NCBI GenBank assembly: GCA_036867785.1
Contig: CP145420.1
Coordinates: 372,001-436,000 of the forward strand
DNA: 64,000 nt
Direction of reading: 5' to 3'
Source: Plasmodiophora brassicae
Taxonomy: Eukaryota
Shown piece after piece: positions 51,301 to 64,000 of the stretch (position 1 is its first letter; each line of letters starts with the position of its first letter). The translations under genes and the position numbers were made by a program. Below the pieces are notes generated by a model. That model ran no database searches, had not been told where the DNA came from, and was given only the letters and a program-made list of their open reading frames with translations.

Positions 51301-52918
51301 TGGACTCAGTGGTGCATTCGATTTGAATGCTGGCGTTGATACCTTTCACAGAGTAGTTGGAAAGAAGTTCTTTACAGAACGACAGCGCGCCAAGAGCGCT
51401 TGCAGCATTGAGAATGGGGAATTGCCGCCCCTGAGCGAACCACACGTCAGGACACAACCAGACCCGCGGTCAACTCAGCAGAGTGCACCCTGTCGATGCG
51501 CCGTTCTGCAATCTCGCGAGAAACTTCTTTGTTGTAGTAGAATTGTGAGTACTTCTGGTGAGGGAGGGGCTATACACTCAGGCGCATCAGCACAACCAAT
51601 AAACAATGGGCGAAGAGTGGACACGCATCACATTGATGTTGTGGGACAGAAGCGCAGACAGGAGACGCTCGAACAGCTGGTCCAGCAATATCTAAGGGAA
51701 CAATTACCAGCATGACCAGGGACCAGCAATACCTGGCGAACCTGAATATTCAAAGCGTCCCTCGTTTGTTGAACCGTGATGACCTCCTCGAGGCGTCCTT
51801 TCACATACCTGCCAATGGCTTACGAGAGGAAACGCCGAGATATATCCAGAAGACCGACTGTTTAACGTCAGGGCTGTCCCGATCGAAGGCAACAATATCG
51901 CCAATTCTCAGGACGTCGATTAGCTTCTGGACATCGGCCTTCGTGGTACCGGGTGTTGCTGATAAAGCCAAGATCCGGCACGGACCGCCAACTGAATAAC
52001 GCGCCTCAACAATGGAGGTCATGGCAGCGTTGCCGGTCGCCTTGTGCGCCTAACATGACAAGAGGGTAAGCAAGTACATACTGACACGGACGATCGACGA
52101 CTGGACCTCGTCAATAACAATGCACACAATCTGATCGAGCGGGCATATTCCACACTTGATGTCGTTCTGGATGGTCTCAGGAGCGCAGAAGAAAACTCGG
52201 TACTTGGACCATAGCTCGGAACGGAGCCTGATATAGGTCGTCAGAACGGGAGGCCATTAGGAATGCAGATTCATGCGATGGACCTTGGTTCCACGTCCAA
52301 GAGTACTGTGACGGCACCTGGTGGTATTGGAGCTGTCTCACAGCACGCTTGTGCCTAGTCACGTGCAGTTAGAGCACATCGGAAGAAGGGAACAGCAGAC
52401 GTGTGTAAGTACCTGTTGAGCGACCAGCGCTCTTGTAGGAGCAACAAAGACGCACTTGCCGGTTGGATACCATCGGAGCATATTCGAAATAAGAACAGCG
52501 GCGATAAACGTCTTGCCTGTTCCATTCTATTAGCAACGCGATGCCGCCTTGCGCATGGCATATGTCTAGGTACCAAGCCCCGTCGGAAGCGCCACCAACG
52601 AATTATGCTGCACGTTGCAGTAATTATTAGGAGAACGGTTTCCACGTGGCAGCAGGGCTGCCCCACCTTCACAGCAGCCATGACGCATTTCACTTGATAC
52701 TCCCGACGCTCGCCGTTCATCGGATACACAATCCTGGCGAGCTGGGTCGGGTCGGAGCACGCCCTGATGGCCGGCAGCCCATCGTTGAACCGTCGTACGG
52801 CATCCCATGCGCCCGGGTCATCAGCCACGTCTGGGACCGACGCCGGGGCACGTGCGAAGTACGCGTCGACCCGGCGCTGCGTCAGCCCCGGACTGGCCGT
52901 CCTCGATGGCCGCACCAT
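48329..52918 (-). CDS. FANCM: FANCM/Mph1/Fml1 DEAH helicase
   Basis: [71 protein letters not shown]-terminal FVDLEAE and RAMYLRSL motifs; no ERCC4 domain seen. Confidence 0.93.
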
Positions 52919-54150
52919 GAAAGACGACTGACTACCTACGTGCGGGTACCACGCCACCCCATGCGCAGTGGCTGGGCCAGTGGGCCACTTAACAATCCAC
53001 GGGGTCGGTATGAACACAGCGATTACACGATCAGCACAGGGGGCACACGTGCAGGTACAAGGGCAACGAGCCAGGTCGATGCTGGGCAGGGATGGCAGAT
53101 GGCGGCACAAGTTGTGCCATCACGCGCAGTACCTAGTCGATTCCGGCACCGAGCGCTGCCATTGAATGGTTTGGTGGACGAGAAAACACTGTTGGCCGCC
53201 GACGGCTAGCTGATTCGGAATGGGAACTTGTCAAGCTGTGAAAAGCTACTTTAAACAGATTAATGACACGAGCGGAGCGACGCGAAACAAGTCAAGGGAA
53301 ACGGTATAAACAAAGGGTATCACGGTGGCAGCATTCCGTCCACGATCTGTAATTTTCATGCGAGCCCAGCAGTGCTGTTCATGGTCTTCCTGGACGGTGG
53401 GTATAGCGGCGCTAGGTGTTTCGTATGGGCCAACATGCCGGCACGCGTCCGAAGGTTCACCTTGTGGAGCTCTGCAGCCGGCTCGGGTACAAGAGTACTC
53501 CGCCAGCAGAACGCCAGCATCCCTCTGGCCTGGTAGTGCCAGCCCATCACCCGTGTACTGGGCTCATCGCGCCTGGACGATATCGGAACGGGAACGAGGT
53601 TCGCTCAGTCTTGTCGACATCACTTTGTCGATCCACTGTGCCATAGCGTCTATGCCGGGGTTTCACATCCCGGCATACCTTGTGTCACGGTTCGTCCACC
53701 GCCTCTGACGCTCAAGCGAGATCCCCTTTGCTCTGGCCCTTTCGGCTGCACTTCTCGAAAGTACGACTTTGGGGAGCGGCCCGCTCCGCGGGCCGTTGCA
53801 ACTCCCAACGCGACGTGCTCGCGACGTGACGACGGCACTGCCGCTGCTTCGCTTCGCGTTTCGTTCATCGCGTGCCGCCGTCTGCGTATCAACTACGTTT
53901 CGTTCCTCGCCTGCCACCAACTGCCCACGGAGCGGCGTGACAGTGGTCAGCAGACTCAGCACACGCGAACCGACAAGTTAGTATGGCACTGGTACCGTTC
54001 CGCACTTTCGGCTGTTGGACACCGGGGTTTTCCGGAGAGCTACATACCGTAGCTGCCGCTACTGAAGACGCAGGCCGCGCGCGTCCGCACATTCCAAAGT
54101 CTGCGCAATCAGCCTCGACTTCTGACTGAAGCGGCATTCCATCGATCGAG

Positions 54151-55105
54151 ATGCACAAGTACCAGCGCGCATGCTGTTTCAGACCTTCGACGGTGCCGCA
54201 TATCGCGACCGTGGCCTTCCTCGCTGGTCTTGGCCACGCTCTTATGCTTCTACCCTGCGACAGCAATGGCGAAATTTATGTGGCAGACGGGCGTGCCGTC
54301 CTGCACTCCTCTGTTCTTCTGCAGTGCGTCATGGATATATACCAGGAAGGCGGAACAGCCGACTCTTACAGTACCGTGCGGCTGGACGTCGCTACTGAGG
54401 AATTGCTCACGCTCGCGCAGTTCATGAACGATGTCGATGACGTATGTCGAACCGCTTCACAGTCTTTCACGACGATAAATCGAATCCACTGAATATCGCT
54501 CATGGGCTCACAGATCGTGGATGCCTGTCAGTGGGTGACCCAGAACATACCAGAACATACAGAAGCTGAACAAATTCGCCGGCTTCTGTCAGCCGCCAAC
54601 CGACTAGGTATTCATCTGTTCATCATCACTGTCGGCATATCGCTGCCACTGCCAGGGACACAGATGCGTGTCCTGCCACCACTCGAATTCTTTCGTGAGA
54701 GACTGGCGCTGCCGACTCTGAACACAGTTGGCCCCGCGATAACGGACCCTGACTTTGACCGGTGACGACCTCGTTTGATGTTATGGAATCCGTGACACTC
54801 GTGTTAAAGTATTGCGAATCATTTTCAGATCATCAGCGGACTGCAGCATCTGCCTGGAGCGACGACCCTCAGAGGCAATCCGAGCGCTGACCTGTGCGTC
54901 ACATACTTTGCACCGGTTCCACCAGCGTTGTATCGATCGCTGGATATTGGTATATGGCCACAACTCGTGCCCAATCTGCCGGAGAAGGATCGCGCACCAG
55001 TGCAGCAGGACCGTTCGGGTGCCAAGTCCACAGGGCGACTTCGAAATAGAGAAATGCTACGTCGATCACGTCCTCACCGGTTGGCAGATTTCTCATTACG
55101 GATGA
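54151..55105 (+). CDS. Putative secreted Skp1/BTB-like + RING-H2 E3 ligase
   Basis: Hydrophobic N-terminus, Skp1/POZ-like segment (HSSVL..; LLSAANRLGI), RING-H2 CSIC..TC..H.FH..CIDRW..SCPICR; introns 54442-54513 and 54762-54828. Confidence 0.75.
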
Positions 55106-56104
55106 CATTCGGGGACAAAGATGACGCTGTCCCGATTGGAGACCTGACACGGTTCACACAGTTTCAATTACACATCAGTTTCGCGGATGTACTCGACGTG
55201 ATACGAAGCAGGCACGTTGGCATTCCTTGCACGAGGGAACGGTCACAGCTTGAGGACACGAGAAAGGACCTGGAACCAGATTGTTGCACCGCCGAGGTGA
55301 CATCCGTTGGTACCCGACTACGGGATGCGCCTCGTAGGACGGAGCTGACGCTGGCAAGGAGCGTTGGTTGGCTTAATATTATGAGTCGACGGCGAGTATT
55401 GCGCTGGTGGTCAGAGCAGCAGCAGCAGAAAGGACCACACTCAATGCGTGTTCGAGGTTCGGGACGATGACAGCTTTTGCTGCGTTTAACGTGCCCTTGC
55501 CGCAGCAGCAGCAGCAGCAACTGAGAGATACGATGACGCCACGTCGGTCCCGGTAGAGATCAGGTGGCCATCTCGTCTATGGACGTAGATCCAAAATGAC
55601 TGGTGGTGTACCATCCAGAACATACGCGATAGGACTGAGCCTCGTTGGCGTTCGTAGCTTATTCTACCATGCTGTCGTCTACTACTACAGCGAGGACAGA
55701 TTGGCCATGTATCGACTGTACGAATACAGTGGACGATTACGCTGGCGATCGTGATGTCGATGCAAGCTGTCATGAAAGACTTGCATCAGCTGCTTATTAC
55801 AGGTATTCTGCTGCAGCTGCCCTGACCAGTTGAGATCCCGGCACGAGTACAGCGTCACCGTTTAAACTTGGACGCGGACTGCTGATTCATTTACTCGGGC
55901 GGTATCTTCCTGCCTTCATCTGCCCTGCCGCACCCTCGGCACACCCCGACAACCTCATCAGCGTGGGAGTGACCTCCAGCGGCACCGCCTGACCCAACGA
56001 CTGATCAGCCCCTGACGGGTCGACTCGCCGGCACTGGCAGGGTCGCCCCAGTGACCTATTCCTGGCGTCTTGCCGCATTCGCGCAGTGGGCAGCCGGCTT
56101 CTTC

Positions 56105-57127
56105 ATGAAGCCGCTGCGCCCACGGGCGCTTGTACTCCTTGGGGCGCCCGGCGTTGGCAAAGGTATCATGGCGCACGTCAGCCTGCGATCCGCGTCTAAT
56201 CGCGCTTCCAGGCACCTATGCAACGCTGCTGAGTGCATGGCTCGGCATCGAGCATATCTCAACTGGTGATGCTATACGCAAACTGATCCGAGATGGGTCA
56301 CCCCAGGGGATGGTGTACAAGAAGTACGTCGACAATGGTATACATTGATGGACGTGGTTTTTAGGTCGTACAATCCAATACGGTCATAGGTGAACTTTTG
56401 CCAAATGTCATGATGAAGCCTTTGCTCGCGGAACTGCTCGCAGGCAAGAAGGACGTAATCATGGACGGGTTTGTGCCACAATCGGTATACTATATCTGTC
56501 CATTGAACGTCAATACTGCAGTTTTCCAAGAGAGGCTTCCCAAGTGGCCATGCTGGACACTGTGGCGGAAATTCGAGCTGTGCTGCTTCTAACGCTGAGG
56601 TCAGAAATCGACATTTCTATATGGTAGATGATGGTGTACGTATATGTATACTATAGACGTGATGTGCTGATCGAAAAGGTCGTCAAACGTCGTGTCTGCA
56701 CCGGCTGCAGCAAAATCTACAACTTGGCCGATATCAAACTGGGAACAATGAGGATGCCGCCGATGCCCCCCAAAGTTGCTGGCGTCTGCGATGACTGTCA
56801 TGGCCGCGTCGTCCAAAGGAATGATGACGCATTGGTGAGACTACGTTGTCCACGGGCATTCCCATTTCTAAACGTTTGTCTCAGGCTGTCGTTCTTAAGC
56901 GCTTGCACGATTACGACGCGAAACACGAACCGATAGTTGAAGAGTACTTGAAGAGGGACGTCGTCATTCCATTTGAACTTACCGGGGTACTGTTTTCCTG
57001 AACAGACGTTAACCGCGCTTTTCTAACGCTCCCCCTACAGGGTAAGAAAGAAATGTGGCCGGACATCCAGGAACTGTTTCGGGAGAAGGGTCTTGCGCCT
57101 GAATCGGAAATTACAGCGAAATTATGA
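56105..57127 (+). CDS. ADK: Adenylate kinase with zinc-binding LID
   Basis: LLGAPGVGK|GT, HISTGD, DG|FPR, RRVCTGC..CDDC, QRNDD; six introns; ends ...ESEITAKL*. Confidence 0.92.
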
Positions 57128-57147
57128 TGTGAATTTAGTGGTACAGT

Positions 57148-59151
57148 CTAGTCGGAGAGAACAGAGATGAACTCTTTAGGCCTGCGACGCAGCTTGTTCG
57201 ACACTGACTTCTCAACAACTGCGGCAACATGAACCAGGATGTCCTCTTTCCAGAAGTCCGCCTCGAACTGCATGCCGATGGGCATCCCAGAAGAGTCGCA
57301 ACCGACAGGGATCGAGATGGATGGGTGTCCAACGAGGTTTGCAAGTGGCGCGAACGTCATGATCTTCGACGTTGTGCTAACATCTGACTCTCCAGCAGTG
57401 GTGACGTCATTCGGCACCTGATGCGCCGTAACGGACGTAACGGGCGTTGCCATTATGTCGACTGTCTTGAAGATCTTCTTGATCTGGTCGGTGGCAAAAG
57501 CTCTGACCTGCTGAGCAGCGAGCAAATCTTGCGCCGTGAACTGCTTTGTCAGAGACAGTGAAATGCGTAATTCCGGCGACAGCTCCGAGAATGGGTTCGG
57601 GTACCGTTCAACGAACCGCAGGATTTCGGACGATATAATTCCAACGTGAGCCTGCAGGCTCGCGAATCAGTTTGGGAACGCCTTCACATTTGGGTTTAAA
57701 GTTCACCTTCGTCATTATGTTCAGGAACGGTATTGTGATGTCAACGATCTCGGCTCCGTGATGACGCGCAAGTGTATCCAGTACTTCCCTGCAACGCTGA
57801 ACGATCTCCGTATCTGCATTCTCGAAATGGGGCCTGAAGACGCCGATCTTCAGGCGCGGAAGAGGCACATCGGTGTTCGGTAGCGCAGCCACGCCCGACA
57901 TGACAGCGAAGGCAATGGCAAGGTCGGCGAGACTTGATGCTATGGGCCCCACATGACCAACGCTGTATGTGAATCCATGTTTGTGCGCGATTCGGTCGAA
58001 CGTTGCCTTCAGACCAAATTGTCCAGTTAACGCACTAGGAATCCGGATTGATCCACCACCGTCGCATGCGACTGTGCAAACACGTCAGTATGAACATGAA
58101 TTTAATAACAACACTGCCGAACCTGCAATAGGAACCAGCCCAGAAGCAACTGAAGCTGCCGATCCGGAAGATGACCCGCCCGGGTATCGGGCTGAATCAT
58201 ATGGATTGCGAGCCGTTCCATGGTGTAAGTTGCAGCCAGTCGTCCCTAGACCAAGTTCGTGCATGTTGGTCTTCCCGATAATGATGGCACCTGCTGCTCG
58301 CAGGCGAGTGATGCAGGGATCATCGCATGACGGGACCTCCTTCACAAACAGTGTGCCGAATGTGGTCATGTACCCAGCAACATCAACCTGTGTCGGACGG
58401 TTTGTAAGACCAGCCAAACATTGAACGCTTATGCCCAGAACCTCGTCTTTGACCGCGATAGGGATGCCGTCAAGTGGACCTAGTGGCGCACCAGCCTGAT
58501 AGCGTTTCGTTGACGCTTCTGCTTGTGCAAGAGCATCCTCGGCATTGACGGCAGTGAATGCCTTCAGCGTCGGATTCAACTTGTCGATTGCACCAAGAAC
58601 CGACTTGATGACGGTCGTAGGCGTCGCTCTGCCGTCCTTGTATCGTTGTACGAAATCGCCTGTCGTCCAGTAGCGGAAGTCGGATTGGGATGACAGCTGC
58701 CGTTTTTCAGATTGCTGCAACTGCACCCAGGTGTCGAGGGGTACGCCGGATTCCGATTCGTTAGAATGCGGGCGTCCCGTGTCAGGGTACGCCATCGGAA
58801 TGAACTTCAATGGCAAGCGATTCGCAAACCTATCACAGAAGACCGCCTGATCAGTGATGATCATGGGTGGTACCATTTCGCGCATTACTCCGTCGGTAAA
58901 CTCATTCGGTTCTGCTTAAATAGGATAACGGAGAGAAGGCTGCCAATGCCGGGCGTTGTCATCGCCCAGGCCATTGCCTATGACCGTCTCAGGAATGTAA
59001 ACGGCTCGGGCGACGCCACGCATGTTACCTTCAGGGGCCAACCCGCCAGTCGAGGCGCCTTCAGCGCATCCAGCTGATACGGCGGGGCGCTGGCCACCAG
59101 CGCCGACGTCTCGGCGCATTCTATCTCGGCGTGCATCTGCTTGACGTCCAT
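57148..59151 (-). CDS. Amidase-signature enzyme, plant-type fatty acid amide hydrolase-like
   Basis: LDGIPIAVKDE, GKTNMHELG, PGGSSSGSAA, DGGGSIRIPS, ANLVGHPSISIPVG; N-terminus KAPRLAG. Confidence 0.88.
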
Positions 59152-59809
59152 CGTGTGTCCCTGGAATGATTATTTTGGGATAACTTCCAACTTCCGAGGC
59201 GTTTCCGTCCGTCCTTGGAATTTGGGGGTCCCGCTGGGGGGCTGCGGACTGATCTTCGTGTGTCCGAGGACCAGATCACGGCCAATGTGGACACGCGCAG
59301 CTGGCGCCCGCTTTGTATCCCGAGCAGCTGGCCGCATTCAGGAGTAGTGCTGGCCGGATTCAAGAGCGTCAGAACGCACTTACACGTTCTTGAAGAACGG
59401 ATGTGCTCAGGTTTTCTACTGCTTGTGCAGGTTCAAACACAGTGCGAACGCATTACATGACCCGCAGGACGACATGATCTGCGTATAAGAGGCTCGACTT
59501 CTACCGCCCGCGAGGGTATGTCATACATAACTTGAGATAAACGGGCGGATACCGGCATCGCCTATATCCTGCAGATGACACTGTCCGCGGCTGGTCTTCG
59601 ATGGACGATAGGTAATCGCCACTAATCGGAAGTTGAGTCAGACGCGGCTGTGTGGCTCGTGACCCATGTTGACATCAGTTTCTGCCGGCTATTCGAGGGT
59701 TGGGCCGGTAGGCCGCGACCATCTGGTTATAGAGCTGGTGGCCGCGGCCAGTCACGAAGCGTCGCCATGCAATCCGTGCGGCCCGCCACGGCAGGTTTGA
59801 ATTGCTCTG

Positions 59810-60941
59810 TCAGTGGGAATGAACGGAATTTAGGTATTCAATATCATTGGGCATATGCGTTTGCAGAAATTCATCGATCTGCAGCTGGCCGTTTTCGACG
59901 AGAATCGCCAGGGATGCCTCTGCCTCCTGATACACGCGATACCGCGAGTTCACTTGGTTCGTGTTGAATACTGTGTACGCTGTGCATACCACAGGTCACA
60001 AATAGAACGTCGGTAGTGTGTGGATAGGTACCAACGCACATGTAAAAAAGGCAGAATTGACGCCAGTGTAGACTTTGGATATCCAGTCGTCCGACCACCA
60101 GTTTCGAAACATGGGCGGGAACATCATACCGAAGATGTGCATGTGGACACGGGAAACAAAAGACTGCGTCATGAGGTTGTCGGGGCGGTTCAGGTCCTTA
60201 GGGCCAACGACGCCCAATCCAGGAAACACAGGATTGTTGAGTAGCAGATTCGTGAAGGGTTTCGCCCATCCCCGAGTTTTGAACTCGATGTCGTCGTTGA
60301 CTGGGGTGGCATGTCTCAGCGTTATCCCCGTTACTTTCATTACAGTACTGACCTTGGTAGAAGAAGTCGGCGTTATCGTGATTCGCTGCAACGGCCAGGC
60401 GATTCCATACCCAGCATGGGCTGTGCTATGTGTCCATGTCATTATTTATACGAAGCAGTTTGCCACGGTTGCCACTGGATCTAACCTCAGTCTTGTTGAA
60501 CGATTTCGTAACCAGGCTGAACGTGTACGAATCACCGACTGCTTTCCTGAATAGAGTCTGCAGATCGCGTCCCCCGTCCTCGCTGTCGTACAATGAGTCG
60601 CCCCGATCGTACCCGAAATATACAGCAAATTCGAAATCGTCTCGGTCAGTTTCATCTAGCGACTGCAGCAACGAAGGAACGAAGGTCGTTAAGAGCGGTA
60701 TCGATGGAATTGTCCAGCCGGGGACAGATCTGGACGGAACCAGAAAAGCGATAACCTTTCGCCTACGCCCAGGTACCCGACGTGCCCTCGGATTCTCGGT
60801 ACCGGGTAATCCTGAACCGAATCGTGGCGTATGCAAGGCTTCGCTTCTACGCGAGACAGCAAGCCACTGCCCAAGCAGGACGACCACGGTTATCGCTGCC
60901 ATGACTAGCAACATCTGGAGACGCCGAATCGTGACGGGCAT
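59810..60941 (-). CDS. Type II membrane glycosyltransferase-like protein (GT-A fold)
   Basis: N-terminal TM; YFGYDRGD, WNRLA, FFYQ|VNDDI, GVVGP, TQSFVSRVHMHIFG..FP..NWWSDDWISKVY. Confidence 0.75.
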
Positions 60942-61526
60942 GTTTCCTAGACTCGGCGCCCCCTCTACGTTATGTGTGGTCGCGACCCCATCTGCGGCCA
61001 CGCCAAGTCACAGAGCACACCATTGGGGCTGGTGAGGTATAAGAAGCCCTGCTTCCACAATTTTATACAGCGTATCGTTAAACCTATCATATCTATCCGC
61101 CCGCGCGCGTTTTCTCTAAGTACGTCTTGCCAGGTATCATGTCAAGTAAGTTTCCGAGCGCAGCACTCAGGATAGCTCAACGTTCTATTCCCAGGTGGAC
61201 GACGTCATTGCAGAAGCGTACACCACAACATGGTGGCGAGACCATCAACACGTCTTGTGGGCCGCTGCTACTCTGGAAGCTTGTGGCTCCTGAATGAGCA
61301 GCCTCGCTGGGCCTGTTTTAGGCTGACTGCGCGTGGCCACGCACGTTTTGATGGCCGACCCGCTGTCTCATTGTGATCAACCACGCATCTAAGGTTCGCT
61401 TGCTATCGGTCATTATCATTACGGGGGGTTGGGCGCGAAAACAGGTGTCGTTGCGCGCATTCCAGGTACCTCTGCAGCGGGCGCGATCTGAATCGAGCCG
61501 CGTAAAGGGCGTCTGGCACCGACTGG

Positions 61527-64000
61527 ATGGCGTCAGCCACGGAGTCGCCAGGCGATGCGTCACTTGGCAAAAGCCAGGCCGTCGATGCGTCTGAGGGATC
61601 GTCAGCGCCTTCTGCCCCCGAGGACGTTGAGGGAAAGCAGGCGAAACCGTTCAGGCTCGCCCCGAGCAATGTCGTTTCCGATGTTCTATTCGCGTGGGTA
61701 TTTTGGCTGTTGTGGCGCTGTCTGGGCGAGGAGCCACAGAATGTTCCTGTACACCTGCGTTCACGTGATCGTTCAGCAAATGCGACCGCCAAGCTTCGAA
61801 AGGCTTACGTGGATGACCAGCGATTACTGAAGGCGCTGTGGCAAGCCTTTGGCATTCGGTTTCTCGCACTGGGGATATGGAAAATCGTGTGGTCGATCTG
61901 TACCTGGGCGGGTGCATACTACCTGCTCGAGCAACTCATGCTCAAACAGCGTCTGTCCATTGCTGTATCCTTACTCATCACGTCAGTCGTCAGCGCTGTC
62001 GCCATCCAGGTTCGTTCTACGATTCTCTTTCGTTGATTTTCTTATGACACTCCATTGCAGAGGCTATACGGCGGCACATACAGCGTTGGGTTACGAGTGA
62101 AAGCGACCTTGATCGACCTTGTGTTTCGGAAATCGCTCGTGCTCTCTCCTGCCAATGTCCACGTTGGGCACATTGTGACAATCATGGCCACCAACATTGA
62201 GGCTGTCGCCGACGCCGCTTCCCACTTCCACTTGTAACTTAACCCTTTTGTTGGCGGCGACCTCGCGTTCAGTACTGACCGAATCTGTCGTTAGTTTATG
62301 GTCTGGATGCCTAGAGGTCCTGCTCATTCTCGTCCTGACGGTCTATTTGGCTGGCTTACGGGCGGCGATTGCCCCTGTTGTCATCATCGTTGCGTTCGTC
62401 ATGCCTGTCCAGCTCTTTCTGGGAAACTTTGTCAGCCAGACATCCTTGTCGTTCGTCGTTGCCGCCAGCGACAGGCTTCGACTGATGACCGAAATTCTAA
62501 CGGCTATCAAGCTGGTTAAGTTTTACGCGTGGGAGAAACCCGTTCTCAAGCGCGTCGAGACGGTTCGTACACGCGAGGCACGAGCCGCATCATTTCAGAT
62601 TTTCGCTCGAGCCATCAATTTCGCATTCGTCTTCGGGGCGCCTGTTTTGACAACACTGTCATGCTTACTGGTTCTTCAACTTACTGGTGCGAAACTGGAT
62701 CCCGTCCTGGCTTTCACCTTGGTGTCCGTCTTCAACACGCTTCGATACCCTCTCCTGCTCTTACCGATGGCAGTCAAAGCGTTTTCAAGCGCTCGGAATG
62801 CCTTCTCGATCATTGATGAGTTCCTTGGGCGTCCAGAGATGATCGACCAGCGTGACAAGGCGTGCCCAGCTGGGTCCATTGAGCTCCAATCAACGTCGAC
62901 TCGCTGGGAGGGTTCCCGGTCAGATACGCTTTCCGATATTTCAGTTCGTGTTGGGCGCGGTGAAGTTCTTGCCATTGTCGGCGACGTTGGATGTGGCAAG
63001 AGCAGTCTGATCGCAGCGATGCTGGGACAGATGCCGATCACATCGGGACGTGTTTCCATCAACGGAAAGGTATCCTATTGCCCGCAAGAGGCCTGGCTGG
63101 TCAACGCGACTATCAAGGAGAACCTTCTCTTCGGGTCGGACTGGGACTCAAAGAGGTACTCTGACGTGATTCGCGTTTGTGCTCTCGAACGGGACCTTTC
63201 TCTGTTCGTGGACGGCGATCAACTTGAAATCTGCGAACGCGGAGCCAACCTTTCTGGAGGGCAACGACAACGTGTATCAATGGCTCGTGCTGTCTACAAT
63301 CAAAGCGACATTGTTTTTCTCGACGATCCCTTGAGCGCGCTTGACCAGAACGTGGGGCGATCCATATTCGACAACTGCGTCAAAGGGTTTCTTGCCGATC
63401 GGGCCGTTGTGCTTGTCACTCATCAACTCCAGTATCTGTCTCAGTGCACCAATGTTGTCGTGATGGTTGACGGAAAGATTGGCGAATATGGGAAGTTCGA
63501 CGACCTGATGCTACGTCCTGATGGACGCCTCCGGTCACTCATGGAACAGTTCAGTACGACGTCAGAAATGGAGCTTCCAGAAGCTGTTGATGAAGCTCTT
63601 ATGAAGATGATTCGTGTTCCAAGTGGAACCAATCTAGCTCTACATGAACCGATGACCGAGTTGTCTCAGAGCCGAGAACAAGAGGACCGAGAACTCGTTC
63701 GCTCTACTGAAGTTGAACTCACCGAGATCGTTTCCCATCCGTCATCTCCGTCAATGGTCATCATACCAAACGAGCGCGCGATCGAGCGAATCGCCTATTA
63801 CAACCGACAACTGCAGGCGTCTGTACAGACGGTCGACGAGGCGACGCTCATGAAGAAGGTTGAATTCGACCAGGCGTCGCTGTTTGGCACAAGATACCTT
63901 CCGGTCCCCCAGAATGGCCACGATAACCGCGATTTCTCACGAACTGTCAGCCATAACATGTACGTATGGCTTTTGCCAAGCATTGTCTAGCTGCTAATTG
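61527..64000 (+). CDS. ABCC/MRP-family ABC transporter (N-terminal half; continues beyond the window)
   Basis: TMD1 with IKLVKFYAWE; NBD1 with GDVGCGKSS, YCPQEAW, GANLSGGQRQR, LDDPLSALD, LVTHQLQYL. Confidence 0.92.

Noticed and set aside
53560-54140. Possible small minus-strand gene and 9-bp hairpin at 53651-53677
   Set aside because: No consistent exon chain or recognisable domain could be built.
55415-55520. Short (CAG)n runs
   Set aside because: Only 4-6 units; ordinary microsatellite with no supported CDS.
9748-57127. AMP deaminase plus adenylate kinase as a metabolic cluster
   Set aside because: More than 40 kb apart with many unrelated genes between.
59640-59765. Nested short stems (GACGC/GCGTC, CGTGAC/GTCACG, GGCCGCG/CGCGGCC)
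   Set aside because: Stems of 5-7 bp in GC-rich DNA are expected by chance; no ncRNA family motif.

Overview
Gene-dense, GC-rich eukaryotic nuclear DNA with many short (~50-70 nt) GT-AG introns and very short intergenic spacers. About 32 protein-coding genes can be reconstructed by hand. An EFL (EF-like GTPase) instead of EF-1alpha, flagellar genes (KIF9, IQCH), a CE4 chitin-deacetylase-like protein and a secreted Skp1/BTB-RING protein suggest a flagellated protist, most plausibly a phytomyxid rhizarian such as Plasmodiophora (inference). Recognisable genes are CDC23/APC8, AMP deaminase, SLC25A38, two tandem GT61 glycosyltransferases, an SH3-PRMT, TRIM37, EFL, IQCH, a Myb/SANT protein, a tandem CCCH zinc-finger protein, KIF9, an OCA6-like protein, ROMO1, FANCM, adenylate kinase, an FAAH-type amidase and an ABCC transporter. 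The most striking non-coding feature is a ~650-nt intergenic fold-back at 43865-44515. It has ~165 bp in three ungapped helices, G-U wobbles, a structured loop and a candidate intron whose removal extends the pairing, making it a candidate hairpin/small-RNA precursor. A hidden 3-exon 71-aa Duo1-like (Dam1/DASH) micro-gene and a catalytically dead CE4 receptor-like protein also stand out. No tRNA, rRNA, CRISPR array or transposase was recognised. Exon structures were inferred manually and may be imperfect.
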